Assembly (NCBI GenBank): GCA_030390025.1
Contig: CM059431.1
Location: 147,996,001 to 148,060,000, forward strand
Direction of reading: 5' to 3'
DNA length: 64,000 nucleotides
Origin: Squalus acanthias
Lineage: Eukaryota
Positions 1 to 12,244 of the stretch are shown in pieces (position 1 is the first letter of the stretch; every line of letters begins with the position of its first letter). The translations under genes were made by a program, and so were the position numbers. The notes beneath the pieces were generated by a model. It saw only the letters and a program-made list of their open reading frames with translations. It had not been told where the DNA came from and did no database searches.

Positions 1-2845
1 TGGGGATATACTGGGAGGGGCTGGCTGGGGTTTGAGTGGAAGTTGCTGGGTGGTGTTACGTGGGAGGGTCTGGGTGGGGGAGAGTGGGATAGTTGGGTCG
101 GGAGATTGGGAGGGTTTGGGTAGGGTTAGACTGCGGGGGGCAGGGTGGGATGAGAGTCGGATAGGCTAGTGGGGGAGAGTGTGATGGGCTGGGAGGGTTA
201 GATTGGGAGGGGCTGTGTGGGGAAGAGTGGGAGGGTTTGTGTGGGGTGGGAGTGGGAGGGCCTGGTTGGGGAAGATTGGGTGGGACTGTGTGGGGAAGAG
301 TGGGAGCGGCTGGGTGGGGAAGCATGGGAGAGGATGGCTGGGGTTGCGTGGAAGGGGTTTTTGGGGCAGAATTGGGAGGGGCTCAGTGGAGTTAGATTGG
401 GATGTTTTGTGTGGGGATGGAGTGGGTGGTGCTGGGTGGGGGGGGAATGGGAGGGGCTGGGTGGGGAAGAGTGGGAGGGGCTGTTTGGGGAAGAGTGGGA
501 GGGGCTGTTTGTGGGGAGAGTGGGAGGGACTGGGTGGGGAAGAGTGGGAGGGGCTGGGCGTGGTGAGAGTGGGAGGGGCTGGGCGTGGGGAGAGTGGGAA
601 GGGCTGGGTGGGGCGAGTGGGAGGGGCTGGGTTTGGGGTTATAGTACGAGGGGCTGTGTATGGGGAGAGTGAGAGGGGCTAGGTGGTGTTAGAGCGTTAT
701 GTGATCGGTGGGGTAGGGTGGGATGTGCTGTGTAGGAGGAGAGTGGTGTGGGATGGGTGGGGACCGAGTTGGAGGTGCTGGATTGGGGAGAGTGGGAAGG
801 GATGGGTGGGGCAGAGTTGGTGGGGCTGGGTATGTTTAGAATGGGAGGGCCTGGGTGGTGTTAGAGTGGTATAGAATAAGTGGGGGAGAGTGGGAGGTGC
901 TGGGTGGGGGAGAGTGGGATGGGATGGGTGGAGTAGAATGTGAGGGGCTGTGTGGGGTTGTGTGAGAGGGGCTGGGTGGGGTAGAGTGTGAGGGGCTGGG
1001 TGCAGGGAGAGTACGAAGGGCTGGGTGGGGTAGAGTGTGAGGGGCTGCGTGTGGGGAGAGTACGAGGGGCTGCGTGTGGGGAGGGTACGAGTGGCTGTGT
1101 GGGTTTGAGTGGGAGGGGCTGGGTCTGGTTATAGTAGCAGGGGCTGGGTGGGATTAGAGTGGGAGGGCAGCGTGTGGTTAGAGAGGGAGGTGCTGAGTGG
1201 GCTGAGAGTGGGAGGGCCTGGTTGGCGTTAGAGTGGGAGGGGCTGCGTGTGTATGGAGTGTTGGGTTCTGTGTGGGTTTGGTGTGAGAGTGGCTTTTTGG
1301 TGTTGTAGTGGGTGGGGTTGGATGAGGTTGGAGTTTGAGTGGCTGCGTGGGAAAATTGGGGGCGCTGGGTTGGGTAGAGTGGTAGGGACTGGGTGAGGTA
1401 GGAGTGCATGGGGCTGTGTGGGTTGGAGTGGGTGAGTATGTGTGGGGTTAGAGTAGAAGGGGCTGGGTGATTTTGGAGTGGGAGAGATAGGTTGAGAAAG
1501 AGTGGGAGGGGCTGGGTGGGGTTAGATTGGCAGGGTCTGTGTGGGGTTGGAGCGGGAGGGGCTGGGTGGGGTTAGGGTGACAGGGGCTGGGTGTTGGAGA
1601 GTGGGTAGGACAGGATGTGTGAGGCTGGGAGGGGTTGGTTGGTGTTGCATTTGGCCGGGCTGGGTATAGTAAAAGTGGCAGGGGCTGGGTGGGGCAGAGT
1701 GGGTGCGGCTGGGTGGTGTTAGAGTGGCAGTTGCTGTGTGGTGGATAGTGGGTGGGTCAGGATGGGGGTTGGAGTGGGAGTGGCTGGTTTGGATTAGACT
1801 GGTAGAAGCTGGGTGTGGTAGAGTGGGAGTGACTGGGTGGGGGAGAGTGGGAGGGGCTGGGTGGGGTTAGATTGGGAGGGGCTGATGTGTTTTAAAGTGG
1901 AAGGGGCTTTGTGGGGGAGAGTGGGAGCGGTTGGGTGAGGGAGAATTATAGGGGCTCAGTGGGGGAGAGTGGAAGGTGCTGGTTGGGGGAAGAGTAGGAG
2001 GAGCTGGGTGTGAGGAGAGTAGGAGGAGCTGGGTGGTGTTGGAGAAGGAGGGACAGAGTGGAGGAGACTGAAAGGGGCTGAGGGAGAGTGGAAGGGGTTA
2101 AATGGGGTTGGAGTGGGAGGGGCTGTGTTGTGTTAGATTGAATGGGTTTGGTACGGAGGAGTGGGAGGGGAGGTGCGAGTAGAGTGGGTTGGGTGGTGTT
2201 GGAATGGGTAGGGCTGGGCGGGGTTGAAGTGCGAGGGGCTGGGTGGCGGAGATTGTGAGGGGTTGCCTAGTGTTAGAATGGGAGGGCCTATGAGAGGGCA
2301 AGAGGGAGGGGCTAGTTGGGGGAGAGTGGTAGGGGCTGGCTGGGGGAACAATGGGAGGGGTTATGTGTGAGGAGAGTGGGAGGGGCTTGTTGGGGAAAGA
2401 TTTGGAGGGGCTGGGTGAAAGGAGAGTGGGAGGATTTTTGTGGGGGAGAGTGGGAGTGGCTGGGAGGGGCTGTGTGGGATTGGCTGGGTGGGTTTAGAGT
2501 GGCAGGGGCTGTATGGGGGAGAGTGGGAGTGATTGGATGGGGCAGAGTGGAAGGGCAAGGGTGTGGGAGAGTGGGAGTTGCCAGTGGGGGAGAGTGGGAG
2601 GGTCTAGCTGGGCGAAGAGTGGGTGGGCTGGTTGGACTTATAGTGGAAGGTGCTGGGCGGGGGAGTGTGGGAGAGGCTGGGTGAGGGAGAGTGGCAGGGG
2701 TTGCATGGTGTTAAAGTGGGAGTGGCTGTGATGGGGATGCGAGGGAGGGGAAGGGCAGGGTTAGAATGGGAGTGGCTGGGTGGGATTAGAGTGGGAGGGG
2801 CAGCGTGTGGTTAGAGAGGGAGGTGCTGGGTGGGCTGAGAGTGGG
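1..2845. repeat. G-rich degenerate minisatellite (~24-25 bp, GGGG(TTA/GA)GAGTGGGAGGGGCTGGGT-like)
   Basis: Continuous degenerate tandem repeats; reverse complement of the C-rich tracts at 13446-19475 and 35835-37125. Confidence 0.95.
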
Positions 2846-3406
2846 ATCCCGCTTGGATTCCTGTTGCTGGTGAGAATATCCATTATATTTAGGACTGAAA
2901 ATGAATGCAACTGCATAATACAGATACTGCAATCTTGGCGTGCAATAATTACAGGCAATTGTATTAAAAATGTACGGATGTAATATGCAAATGCTAAGAT
3001 AATAAATACAAGTGCACTGCAGTTATAAAGATAACGGGGCTGTAAGAAGTGTTTTGAAGATTGTGCTTTCTACAGTATTGTTGAAATATACAAATTCTAG
3101 CTCATTGAAAGGAAGATTTTCCAAATAACATTGCAAAGAATGGACACTAATTAAATTAAATAGTTATCATTGGCCAGATCATATCCCACTAAGTACATTT
3201 ATTAGCATCATACTAACGCGACTTATCCAACAGGCAAAGAGCTGCCGAATGTGTTTGTAAAGTATCTGAACAAAAATGGAAGAGATTTATCCTGGTACTT
3301 ATTAACCTGTTGGTTTCCAACTTTTGCAGATAATATTAGCAGAGAAAATATGAAAGGATTTTCTTAAGCTCAGTACTTCAGTTACAATCAGCTAGGATTG
3401 TTTATC
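2845..3406 (-). other. Paralogous copy of GPCR intron segment 45230-45790 (inverted)
   Basis: Colinear reverse-complement match, e.g. GCTAAGATAATAAATACAAGTGCACTGCAGTTATAAAGATAA vs TTATCTTTATAACTGCAGTGAACTTGTATTTATTATCTTAGC at 45601. Confidence 0.85.
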
Positions 3407-3414
3407 CAGGAACT

Positions 3415-3740
3415 CCCAGGGCCACCAATATTACACTGCTCCCGCCTCAGTCCAGGAATCTAATTCTCTGGGCCACCAATATTACACTGCTCCCGCCTCA
3501 GTCCAGGAATGTCATTCTCTGGGCAACCTAGATTACACTGCTGCGATAGCAAAATACTGCGGATGCTGGAAATCCGAAATAACAACAGAAAACGCTGGAA
3601 AAACTCAGCAGGCCAGGCAACATCCGTGGAGAGAGAAAGAGAGTTAACGTTTCAGGTCGAAACCCTTCGTCGGATTACACTGCTCCCGCCTCAGTCCAGG
3701 AATGTCATTCTCTGGGCCACCTAGATTACACTGCTCCCCC
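3415..3740. repeat. 51-bp minisatellite (~4 units), interrupted by an insertion
   Basis: GCCACCAATATTACACTGCTCCCGCCTCAGTCCAGGAAT recurs at 3421 and 3472, with variants downstream. Confidence 0.9.
3543..3672 (-). mobile_element. Short Penelope-type non-autonomous element with a degenerate minimal hammerhead core
   Basis: Flanked by the 12-bp direct repeat GATTACACTGCT (3531-3542, 3673-3684). Minus strand starts CCGACGA-AGGGTTTCGACCT-GAAA-CGTTA. Same family as 44461-44880. Confidence 0.65.
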
Positions 3741-3805
3741 CATAGTCTTGAAAATGTCTCCTTTTCAAGTATTTAGCGAATTACCTTTTGAAAGTTTCTA
3801 TTAGG

Positions 3806-4190
3806 AAAGAAAGACTTGCATTTATAGAGCGCCTTTCACCACCTTGGGATGTCCCAAAGCACTTTACAGCCAAAGAAATACTTTTGAAGTGCTGTCCGTG
3901 TTATACTGTAGGAAACACGGCAGCCAGTTTGTGCCCAGCAAGTTCCCACAAACAACATTGCAATAACGACCAGTTGATCTATTTTAGTAATAATAATTGA
4001 GATAAATATTGGCCGGAACACTGGGGAAAACTCCGCTGCTCTTCTTCGAATGGTGCCATGGGATCTTTTACATCCACCTGAGAGAGAGCAGACTCGGCCT
4101 CGGTTTAACGTCGCATCCGAAAGACAGCCCCTCCAACAATACAGTGCTCCCTCAGTACTGTCCCTCCGACAGTGCAGTGCTCCCTCAGCA
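3806..4190 (-). mobile_element. DeuSINE (SacSINE1/AmnSINE1-like), 3' part
   Basis: Minus strand has a Deu-domain-like stretch (TCTTTCGGATGCGACGTTAAACCGAGG...AAAAGATCCCATGGCAC) and the tail AAAGGCGCTCTATAAATGCAAGTCTTTCTTT. Confidence 0.75.
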
Positions 4191-4194
4191 CTTG

Positions 4195-5656
4195 CAGATG
4201 GCTCGCATCCCAGGTTGCTATGGGAATTTGGGGAGGAGATTGCGGAAGGGCTTGCCATAATTTTCCAATCTTCCCTAGATGCGGGGAGGTTCCTCAGGAT
4301 TTGAAAGTGGCAAATTTGACAGCATTGTTCAAGAAAGGGTGTAAGGACAATCCTAGTAACGACAGCCCGGTCAGTTTAACATCAGTGATGGGTAAACCTT
4401 TAGTAACAATAATCAAGGAAAAAAGTAACGGGCACGTGGAGAGGTTTAAGCTAATTAAGGAGAGCCAACACAGATTTGTAAAAGGCAGATCCTGTTTGAC
4501 TAATCTAATTGAATGTTTTGATGAAGAAACAGAGAGGATTGATGAAGGGAATGCAATGGATATTTTCTACATGGATTTTCGGAAGGCGTTTGACAAAGTG
4601 GAACATAGAAGGCTGGTTAACAAAATTGAGGCTCATGCAATAGGTGTGTCAGTGGCAGCTTGGATAAGGAATTGGCTTAAGGACAGAAAACAGCGAGTTG
4701 TGGTAAATGGCTGTTTTCAGACTGGCGGATGGTAGACAGTGGTGTTCCCCAAGGGTCAGTGCTGGGGCCAAGCTTTTTAGATATATATATATAAATAAAT
4801 GAGCTGGATATTGGAATACAGAGAAGAATGTCTAAATTTGCCGATGACACAAAACTTGGGGGTGTGGCAAACAGTGAAGATGATACCAATCGACTGTAAC
4901 AGGACATAGAAAGGCTAGCAGAATGGGCAGACAAGTGGCAGATGGAATTTAATACAGATAAGTGTGAGGTGATTGATTTTGGCAGAAGGGACAGGGAGAG
5001 GAAATATGCACTTAATGAAACAGTTTTAAAGAGTGGGCAGGGACAGAGGGACCTGGGAGTTAATGTGCATAGGTCCCTGAAGGTGGCAGGACATATTGAG
5101 AGAGTGGTTAGCAAAGCATTTGGGATCTTGGGCTTCATAAATAGAGGTATTGAGTACAAAAGTAGAGAAGTTATGCTGAACCTTTATAAAGTGCTGGTTA
5201 GCCACAACTGGAGTATTGTGTCCAGTTCTGGTCACCTCACCTTAGGCAGGATGTGAAGACCCTTGAGAGGGTGCAGAGGAGCTGTACAAGAATGGTTCCG
5301 GGGATGGGGAATCTTAGCTACAAGGACAGATTGGAGAAGCTGGATTTGTTTTCATTAGAGCAAAGGATGTTGAGGGGTGATTTGAAAGAGGTGTACACGA
5401 TTATGACGGGTTTGGATAGGCTAGACGGGGAAAGGCTGTTCCCACTAGTTGATTGTACAAGGACTAGGGGACACAGATTTAAGGTTTTGCGCAAGAGATA
5501 TGGGAGGATGGGAGGAAAAACGTTTTTATGCAGCGAGGGGTGAGGACCTGGAACTCGCTGCCGACAGAAGTGGTGGAAGCGGAGACACTCAATGTTTTCA
5601 AGGGGAGACTGGATAGGCACTTGAGGGAAATAAACTTGCAAGGCTACGGGGATAGA
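4195..5656 (+). mobile_element. 5'-truncated CR1 LINE, decayed RT; its 3' tail resumes at 9231-9325
   Basis: Fragmented RT frames (SQHRFVKGRSCLTNL, YMDFRKAFDKV, KFADDTK). The tail at 9231-9325 matches the end of the related copy at 60600-60718. Confidence 0.9.
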
Positions 5657-8600
5657 TGGGGCTACAGGAGAGCGAGCCTGGCACAGCGAAAACCGATCTG
5701 GGAGGGTAAGAAATAGAAAGATTCAAAGCGTGACCTCATAGGAAAGCAGGGAAGCGATTGGCTGGTCAGTTTTTCTCTATTTTTCTTGGACATTGGTTTA
5801 AATTAAGAGCCGGGATTAAAAGCTAAACGTTCAAAACTTACGCATTTAATTAATTAAATACATTAGAGATGGCAGGGCAGGCGATGTGTTACTGCTGCAA
5901 CATATAGGAGCTGGTGGACACCATTGAGGTGCACGGCGACCACATTTGCAGTAAGTGTTGGTTGCTCGAGGAACTTCGGCTCCGTGTTGATGAGCTGGAG
6001 TCCGAGCTTCAAATACTGCGAAACATCAGGGAGGGGGAGAGTTACCTGGATGCTGTGTTCTAGGAGGCAGTCACACCCCTTAGATTAATTAATTCAAGTT
6101 TGTTCCGTGGTCAAGGACAGGTGGGTGTGACTGTGAGCGAGGCAGGTATGGGGAAACAGGGGGTAGCGGTGGAGGAGCCTCAGCCCTTGCTCTTGGCCAA
6201 CAAATACGAGGTTCTTACTCTCTGTGTGTGGGTGAGAGCAGGAACTGCAGTGAGGATGAGCAAACTGACCACAGCACCGTGGTACAGGTAACCATTCAAG
6301 TGGGGGGAACAAAAAGACATGTGTTAGTGGTAGGGGACAGTATAGTTAGAGGGATAGACACTGTTCTCTGCAGCCAAGAGCGTGAGTCCTGAAGGTTGTG
6401 TTGCCTGTCCGGTGCCAGGGTAAAGGACATCTCCTCTGGGTTGGGGAGGAACTTAAAGTGGGAGGGGAAAGATCCTGTTGTCGTGGTCCATGTCGGTACC
6501 GAAGACATAGGTAGGACAAAGGAAGAGGTTCTGCTTAGGGAGTATGAGCAGCTAAGGACTAATTTAAAAGCAGAACCACAAAGGGAATAATCTCTGGATT
6601 ACTACCTGAGCCACGTGCAAATTGGCATAGGTTGAATAAGATCAGAGAGATGAACGAGTGGCTCATCGATTGGTGTGGGAGAAATGAGTTTCGATTCTTG
6701 GGGCACTGGCAGCAGTACTGGGGTAAGAGGGAGCTGTTCCGTCAGGACGAAAACCATTTCTCCCACACCAATCTTCCAGCCACTCGAAGAGTTCTTAGAA
6801 TGTATGCGGGCTGGTTTCTTGGAACAATACGCTGTGGAACCAACAAGTCCGCAGACTATTTTAGATCTGGTTATGTGCAACGAGGCTTGATTAATTAATG
6901 ATCTAGAAGTGAAAGATCCTCTTGGGAAGAGTGATGATAGAATGGTAAAATTTCAAATTCAGTTTGAGGGTGAGAAAGCTAGGTCTCAAACTAGTGCCCT
7001 GAAATTAAATAAAGGTAATTACAAAGGTATGAAGGCAGACTTGGTTAATGTGGACAGGGACAATATATGATAGGGTAAGACTGTAGAAAAGCAGTGGCAA
7101 AGGAGATATTTCATAACTCTGAGCAAAGATATATTCCAGTGAGAAGGAAAGCCTCTAAGAGAAGGATGAAACATCCGTGGCTAACTAAGGAAGTAAAGGA
7201 TGGTATCAAATTGAAAACAAAGGCTTACAATGTTGTGAAGAATCGTGGTAGGCCAGAGGATTGGGAAATTTTAAAAACCAGCAAAGACAACTAAAACAAT
7301 GATAGAGAGCGAGAAGGTAGCTTATGAGAGTAAGATGCAAGAAATATAACAACAGACAGTAAGAGCTTCTACAGGTATATAAAAAGGAATAGAGTAGCTA
7401 AAGTAATCGCTGGTCCCCTAGAGGATTCGACTGGCGAATTAATAATCGGAAACAATGAAATGGCGGAGACGTTTTAACAAATATTTTGTTTCGGTCTTCA
7501 AGGTAGAAGACACTAAAAGATTCCCAATAATTGATAATCAAGGGGCTATTCGGGCGGGCGGCGGGGGGGGGGGACGTAAAATAATCACTACCACTAGCGA
7601 AAAAGTACTAGGCAAACTAATGGGATTAAAGGTGGACAAGTCACCTGGACCCGATGGCCTGCATCCTAGGGTCTTTAAAGAGGTGGCTGCAGAGACATTG
7701 AATCCATTGGTTGCAATCTACCAAAATTCCCTGGATTCTGGAGAGGTCCCAGCGGACTGGAAAACCTCAAATCTAACACCCCTATATAAGAAAGGAGGGA
7801 GACAGAAAGTAGGGATCTATAGACCAGTTAGCCTAACATCTATCATTGGGAAAATGCTGGAGTTCATCATTGAGGAAGTGCTAGCAGGACATTTAGAAAA
7901 TCACAATATAATCAAGCAGAGCCAGCATGGTTTTATGAAAGGGAAATCATGTTTGACAAATTTGCTGGAAATCTTTGAGTATGTAATGAGTAGGGTGGAT
8001 AAAGGGGAACCAGCAGATGTCGTGTATTTGGATTTCCAAAAGGCATTCGATAAGTTGCCACGTAAAATGTTACTGCACAAGAAAAGAGCTCACGGGGTTG
8101 GGGGTAATATATTAGATTGGATAGAGAATTGGCTAACTAACAGAAAACAGAGAGTCGGGATAAATGTGTCAGTTTCAGGTTGGCAAACGGTAACTAGTGG
8201 GGTGCCGACGGGATCAGTGCAGGGGCTTCAACTATTTGCAATCAATATTAATGACTTTGATGAAGGGACCGAGTGTAATGTAGCCAAATTTGCTGATGAT
8301 ACAAAGATAGGTGGGAAAGCAAATTGTGTGGAGGACACAAAGAATCTCCAAAGGGATATAAATAGGCTAAGTGAGTGGGCAAAAATCTGGCATATGGAGT
8401 ATAATGTGGGAAAATGCGAGGTTATCCACTTTGGTAGGAAAAATAAAAAAGCAAATTATTATTTAAATGGAGAGAGATTACAAAATGCTGAGGTACAGAG
8501 TGATCTGGGGGTCCTTGTACATGAATCACAAAAAGTTAGCATGCAGGTACAGCAAATATTTAGGAAGGCAAATGGAGTGTTGGCCTTTATTGCAAAGGGA

Positions 8601-9230
8601 ATGGAATATAAAAGTATGGAATTCCCGTTACAACTCTACATGGCTTGGGTGAGACCACATCTGGGGTGCTCCGTGCAGTTTTGGTCTCCTTATTTAAGGA
8701 AGGATATACTTGCATTAGAGGCTGTCCAGAGAAGGTTCATGAGGTTGATTCCGGAGATGAAGGGGTTCTCTTATGAAGAAAGGTTGAGCAGGTTGGTTCT
8801 ATACTCATTGGAGTTTAGAAGAATGAGAGGGGATCTTATTGAAACATACAAGATTTTGAAGGGGCTTGACAGGGTAGATGCAAAGAGGATGTTTCCCCTC
8901 GTGGGGGAATCTAGAACTAGGGGGCAAAATTTCAGAATAAGGTGTCGCCCATTTAAAACGGAAATGAGGAAGAATTTCTTCTCTCAGATGTTCGTGAATT
9001 TTTTGGAATTCTGTTCCCCAGAGAGCTGTGGAGGCTGAGTCATTGAATATATTTAAGGTGGAGATAGACAGATTTTTGAACAATAAGGGAGTCAAGGGTT
9101 ATGGGGAGCGGGCAGTGAAGTGGAGTTGAGGCCAAGATCAGATCAGCCATGATCGTATTGAATGGCGGAGCAGGCTCGAGGGGCCAAATGACCTACTCCT
9201 GCTCCTACATCTTACGTCTTATGTTCTTAT
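5657..9230 (+). mobile_element. Near full-length CR1/HER1-type LINE with decayed ORF1 and an internal deletion
   Basis: ORF1 from ATG 5869 has CxxC zinc-finger/coiled-coil and SGNH-esterase motifs (VVGDSIVRG, VHVGTEDIG). The ORF1 end and most of the endonuclease are missing near 6750. HE1/HER1-type tail with (TTCTTATG)n. Confidence 0.9.
7455..9038 (+). pseudogene. CR1 ORF2 reverse transcriptase, open 527-aa fragment
   Basis: KSPGPDG, YRPVSLTS, QHGFMKGKSCLTNL, YLDFQKAFD and KFADDTK motifs; upstream ORF2 is disrupted. Confidence 0.92.
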
Positions 9231-9329
9231 GAGGGGGACGGACTGGATTTCTCTACAGAGAGCCTGCAAGTACTCGATGGGCCGAATGGACGCCTTTCTG
9301 TGCTGTATGACTCCATGAATCTATACCCT

Positions 9330-9855
9330 TCGAACAGTGCAGCGCTCCCTCAGGACTGCCCCTCTGACAATAAAGAGCTCCCTCAGTACTGCTCCTCTGA
9401 CAGTGCAGCACTCCCTCAGTACTGCTCCTCCGACAGTGCAGCGCTCCCTCAGTACTGCCCCTCCGACAGAGAAGCGCTCCCTCAGTACTGCCCCTCCGAC
9501 AGTGCAGTGCTCCCTCAGTACTGCCCCTCCGACAGAGAAGCGCTCCCTCAGTACTGCCCCTCCGAAAGTGCAGCGCTCCCTCAGTACTGACCCTCTGACA
9601 GTGCAGCGCTCCTTCAGTACTGAACCTCCGACAGTGCAGCGCTCCCTCAGTACTGACCCTCTGACAGTGCAGTGCTCCCTCAGTACTGCCCCTCCGACAG
9701 TGCAGTGCTCCCTCACTACTGACTCTCCGACAGTGCAGCACTTCGTCAGTACTGCCCCTCTGACAGTGCAGTGCTCCCTCTGTACTGCCCCTCCGACAGT
9801 GCAGCGCTCCCTCAGTACTACACTTGAGTCTGAGCCTAGATTTTTGTACTCACGT
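9330..9855 (-). repeat. 33-bp minisatellite (~15 units) amplified from the DeuSINE body, followed by SINE 5' sequence
   Basis: Unit CAGTGCAGCGCTCCCTCAGTACTGCCCCTCCGA; the same motif is at 4140-4190 in the DeuSINE. Confidence 0.9.
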
Positions 9856-9889
9856 TAAAAATGCATACGGTATCCTTGGCTTTATTAAT

Positions 9890-10250
9890 AGACATGATGT
9901 GGAGATGCCGGTGCTGGACTGGGGTGGACAAATGTGAGAAGTCTTACAACACCAGGTTATAGTCCAACAGCTTTATTTCAAATCACAAGCTTTTGGAGCG
10001 CTGCTCCTTCGTCAGTGAAGTGAAGAGATGCATATAGGCACAGCGTATATAGTCAGAGAACACTGCCAGGTGACTACAGTTAATCTTTCTAACTGCCCTT
10101 TATCACACCTCGGCAGAGAGATAATCACAGCAATCACAGGTGTGGATGGTGTCCAAACAGGTCAGTCAGGAAAACATTACATCAAAGACAATGAGGTGGG
10201 GTCACAAGGGGTCAAATGTGGCAGATGCTGGGGTCTGGATGTAAAACAAA
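9890..10250 (-). mobile_element. Penelope-like element terminal fragment with a mutated hammerhead core
   Basis: Minus strand CTGACGA-AGGAGCAGCGCTCC-AAAA-GCTTG, then AATAAA and CTGTTGGACTATAACCTGGTGTTG. Confidence 0.6.
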
Positions 10251-10261
10251 AAACTTTTTTT

Positions 10262-11700
10262 GCTGGAAATCACACTAAGGGGCACAATGGACATGATCTT
10301 CACCGCGCGTCAACTACAAGTGAAACGCAGGGAACAGCAACAACCGCTGTATATGGCCTTCTTTGACCTCACAAAGGCCTTTGAAGCTGTCAACCATGAG
10401 GGATTACGGAGTGTCCTCCTCAAATTCAGCTGCCATCAAAAGTTTGTCACCATCCTCTGCCTGCTTCACAATGACATGCAGGACATGATACTGACCAACG
10501 GATCCACCACAGACCCAATTCACATACGGATCAGGGTCCAGCAAGGCTGTGTCATCGCACCAACGCTCTTCTCGATCTTCCTTGCTGCAATGCTCCATCT
10601 CACCCTCAGTAAGCTCCCCGCTGGAGTGGTGCTAATCTACAGAACAAACGAGAAACGGTACAACCTCCATCACCCTCCAGTCCAGATCCAAGGTCGTCCC
10701 ATCCCCTGTCGTCCAATTACAGTATGCAGACGACGCTTGCGTCTGCGCACACTCTGAGGTCGAACTGCTAACAATCGTCAACACCTTCAACAAAGCGTAC
10801 GAGAGCATGGGCCTTACACTAAACATCCGTAAGACAAAGGTCCTCTACCAGCCTGCCCCCACCACACAGTACTGCCCAGCAATTATCAAAATCCATGACG
10901 AGCCTTTGGACAACATGGACCACTTTCCATACCTCGGGAGCCTACTGTCAACAAGGGCAGACGTCGATGACGAAGTCCAACACCACCTTCAGTGTGCAAG
11001 TGCAGCCTTCTGTCGCCTGAGGAAGAGAGTGTTTGAAGACCAGGACCTCACACCCGGCACTAAGCTCATGGTCTACAGAGCAGTAGTGATACCCTCCCTC
11101 CTGTATGCTTCAGATACATGGACCATATACAGCAGGCACCTCAAAGCACTGGAGAGGTTCTACCAATGCTGCCTCCGCAAGATACTGCAAATCCATTGGC
11201 AGGATAGGCGCACTAACGTCAGTGTTCTCACTCAGGCCAACATCCCCAGCATCGAAGCATTGACCACGCTCGATCAACTCCGATGGACGGGTCACATCGT
11301 CTTCAAGCCCGATACAAGACTCCCAAAACAAGCGCTCTACTCGGTGCTCCGACAAGGCAAGAGAGCCCCAGGTGGGCAGAGGAAACGCTTCAAGGACACC
11401 CTCAAAGCCCCACCTACACCTGGGAATCCCTGGCCCAAGACCACACAAAGTGGAGGAGAAGCATCCGGGAGGGCGCCAAACACCTTGAGTCATTTCGCTG
11501 GGAGCAAGCGGAAGCCAAGCGCAAACAGCGGAAGGAGCGCACATCAACCCAAGAACCCCACCCACCTACCCCTTCAACCACCGTCTGCCCCACCTGTGAC
11601 AGAGACTGTAGGACCCGGATTGGACTCATCAGTCACCTGAGAACTAATTTTTAATGTGGAAGCAAGTCATCCTCAGTTCTGAGGGACTGCCTAAGGGAGA
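10262..11700 (+). mobile_element. RTE-clade LINE, 5'-truncated, frameshifted RT
   Basis: RGTMDMIFTARQLQ, FFDLTKAF, QGCVIAPTLFSIF, YADD, GLTLNIRKTKV, C-terminal CPTCDRDC...HLRT. Confidence 0.9.
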
Positions 11701-12244
11701 GAGTAAGATGAAGAGGTGTGGGAGGAGGCTCGTTTGGAGCATAAACACCGGCATGGAGCAGTTGGGCTGAATGGCCTGTTTCTGTGCTGTACATTCTATG
11801 TAATTTTTTTGGGGAGCAGTAGGCCCCGTTTTGATCACAGGCCTTGCCTGATTTCAATCAGTGAATTAAAAATCATTGATTATATTCTTATTACATTATT
11901 TATATCTATTTATTCTCAGGATATCGCATCTAGAGGTAACCAAGACATGGATATGGGTTTCAGCAGAAGATGAGCTCAGGCAGGGGTGGGGACGGCCGAA
12001 GTTATGGAAGCAGAAATCACGATGGAGACTGACCGTGATGCCTCCCACAGTTCAATAGCAACACTCAGCACTGACCCCTAAGGAACTGCCAGAGGAATCA
12101 GGACCCCAGCGAGAGGCAGAACCTAACAGGGTAAACACAAGGAGTTTCCCAGTAACAGGACTGACCAACACAAACACTGTCTCAGCTCAATGTTCAGGAA
12201 TATGAGGCGTGAGGAATGACAACCATCATAGTTTAAACTGCTAC

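Noticed and set aside
1..2845. Gly/Trp/Glu-rich and Pro/Ser/His-rich ORFs here and at 13400-19475
   Set aside because: Artefacts of a stop-poor G/C minisatellite; open in several frames on both strands.
2780..2983. Similar short ORFs in the paralogous segments (2780-2983 +, 45667-45966 -)
   Set aside because: DNA paralogy explains the similarity; starts differ, and there is no recognisable domain or splice support.
9253..9858. Repetitive 11-aa-period ORFs
   Set aside because: The 33-bp unit is a multiple of three; this is a SINE-derived satellite, not a gene.
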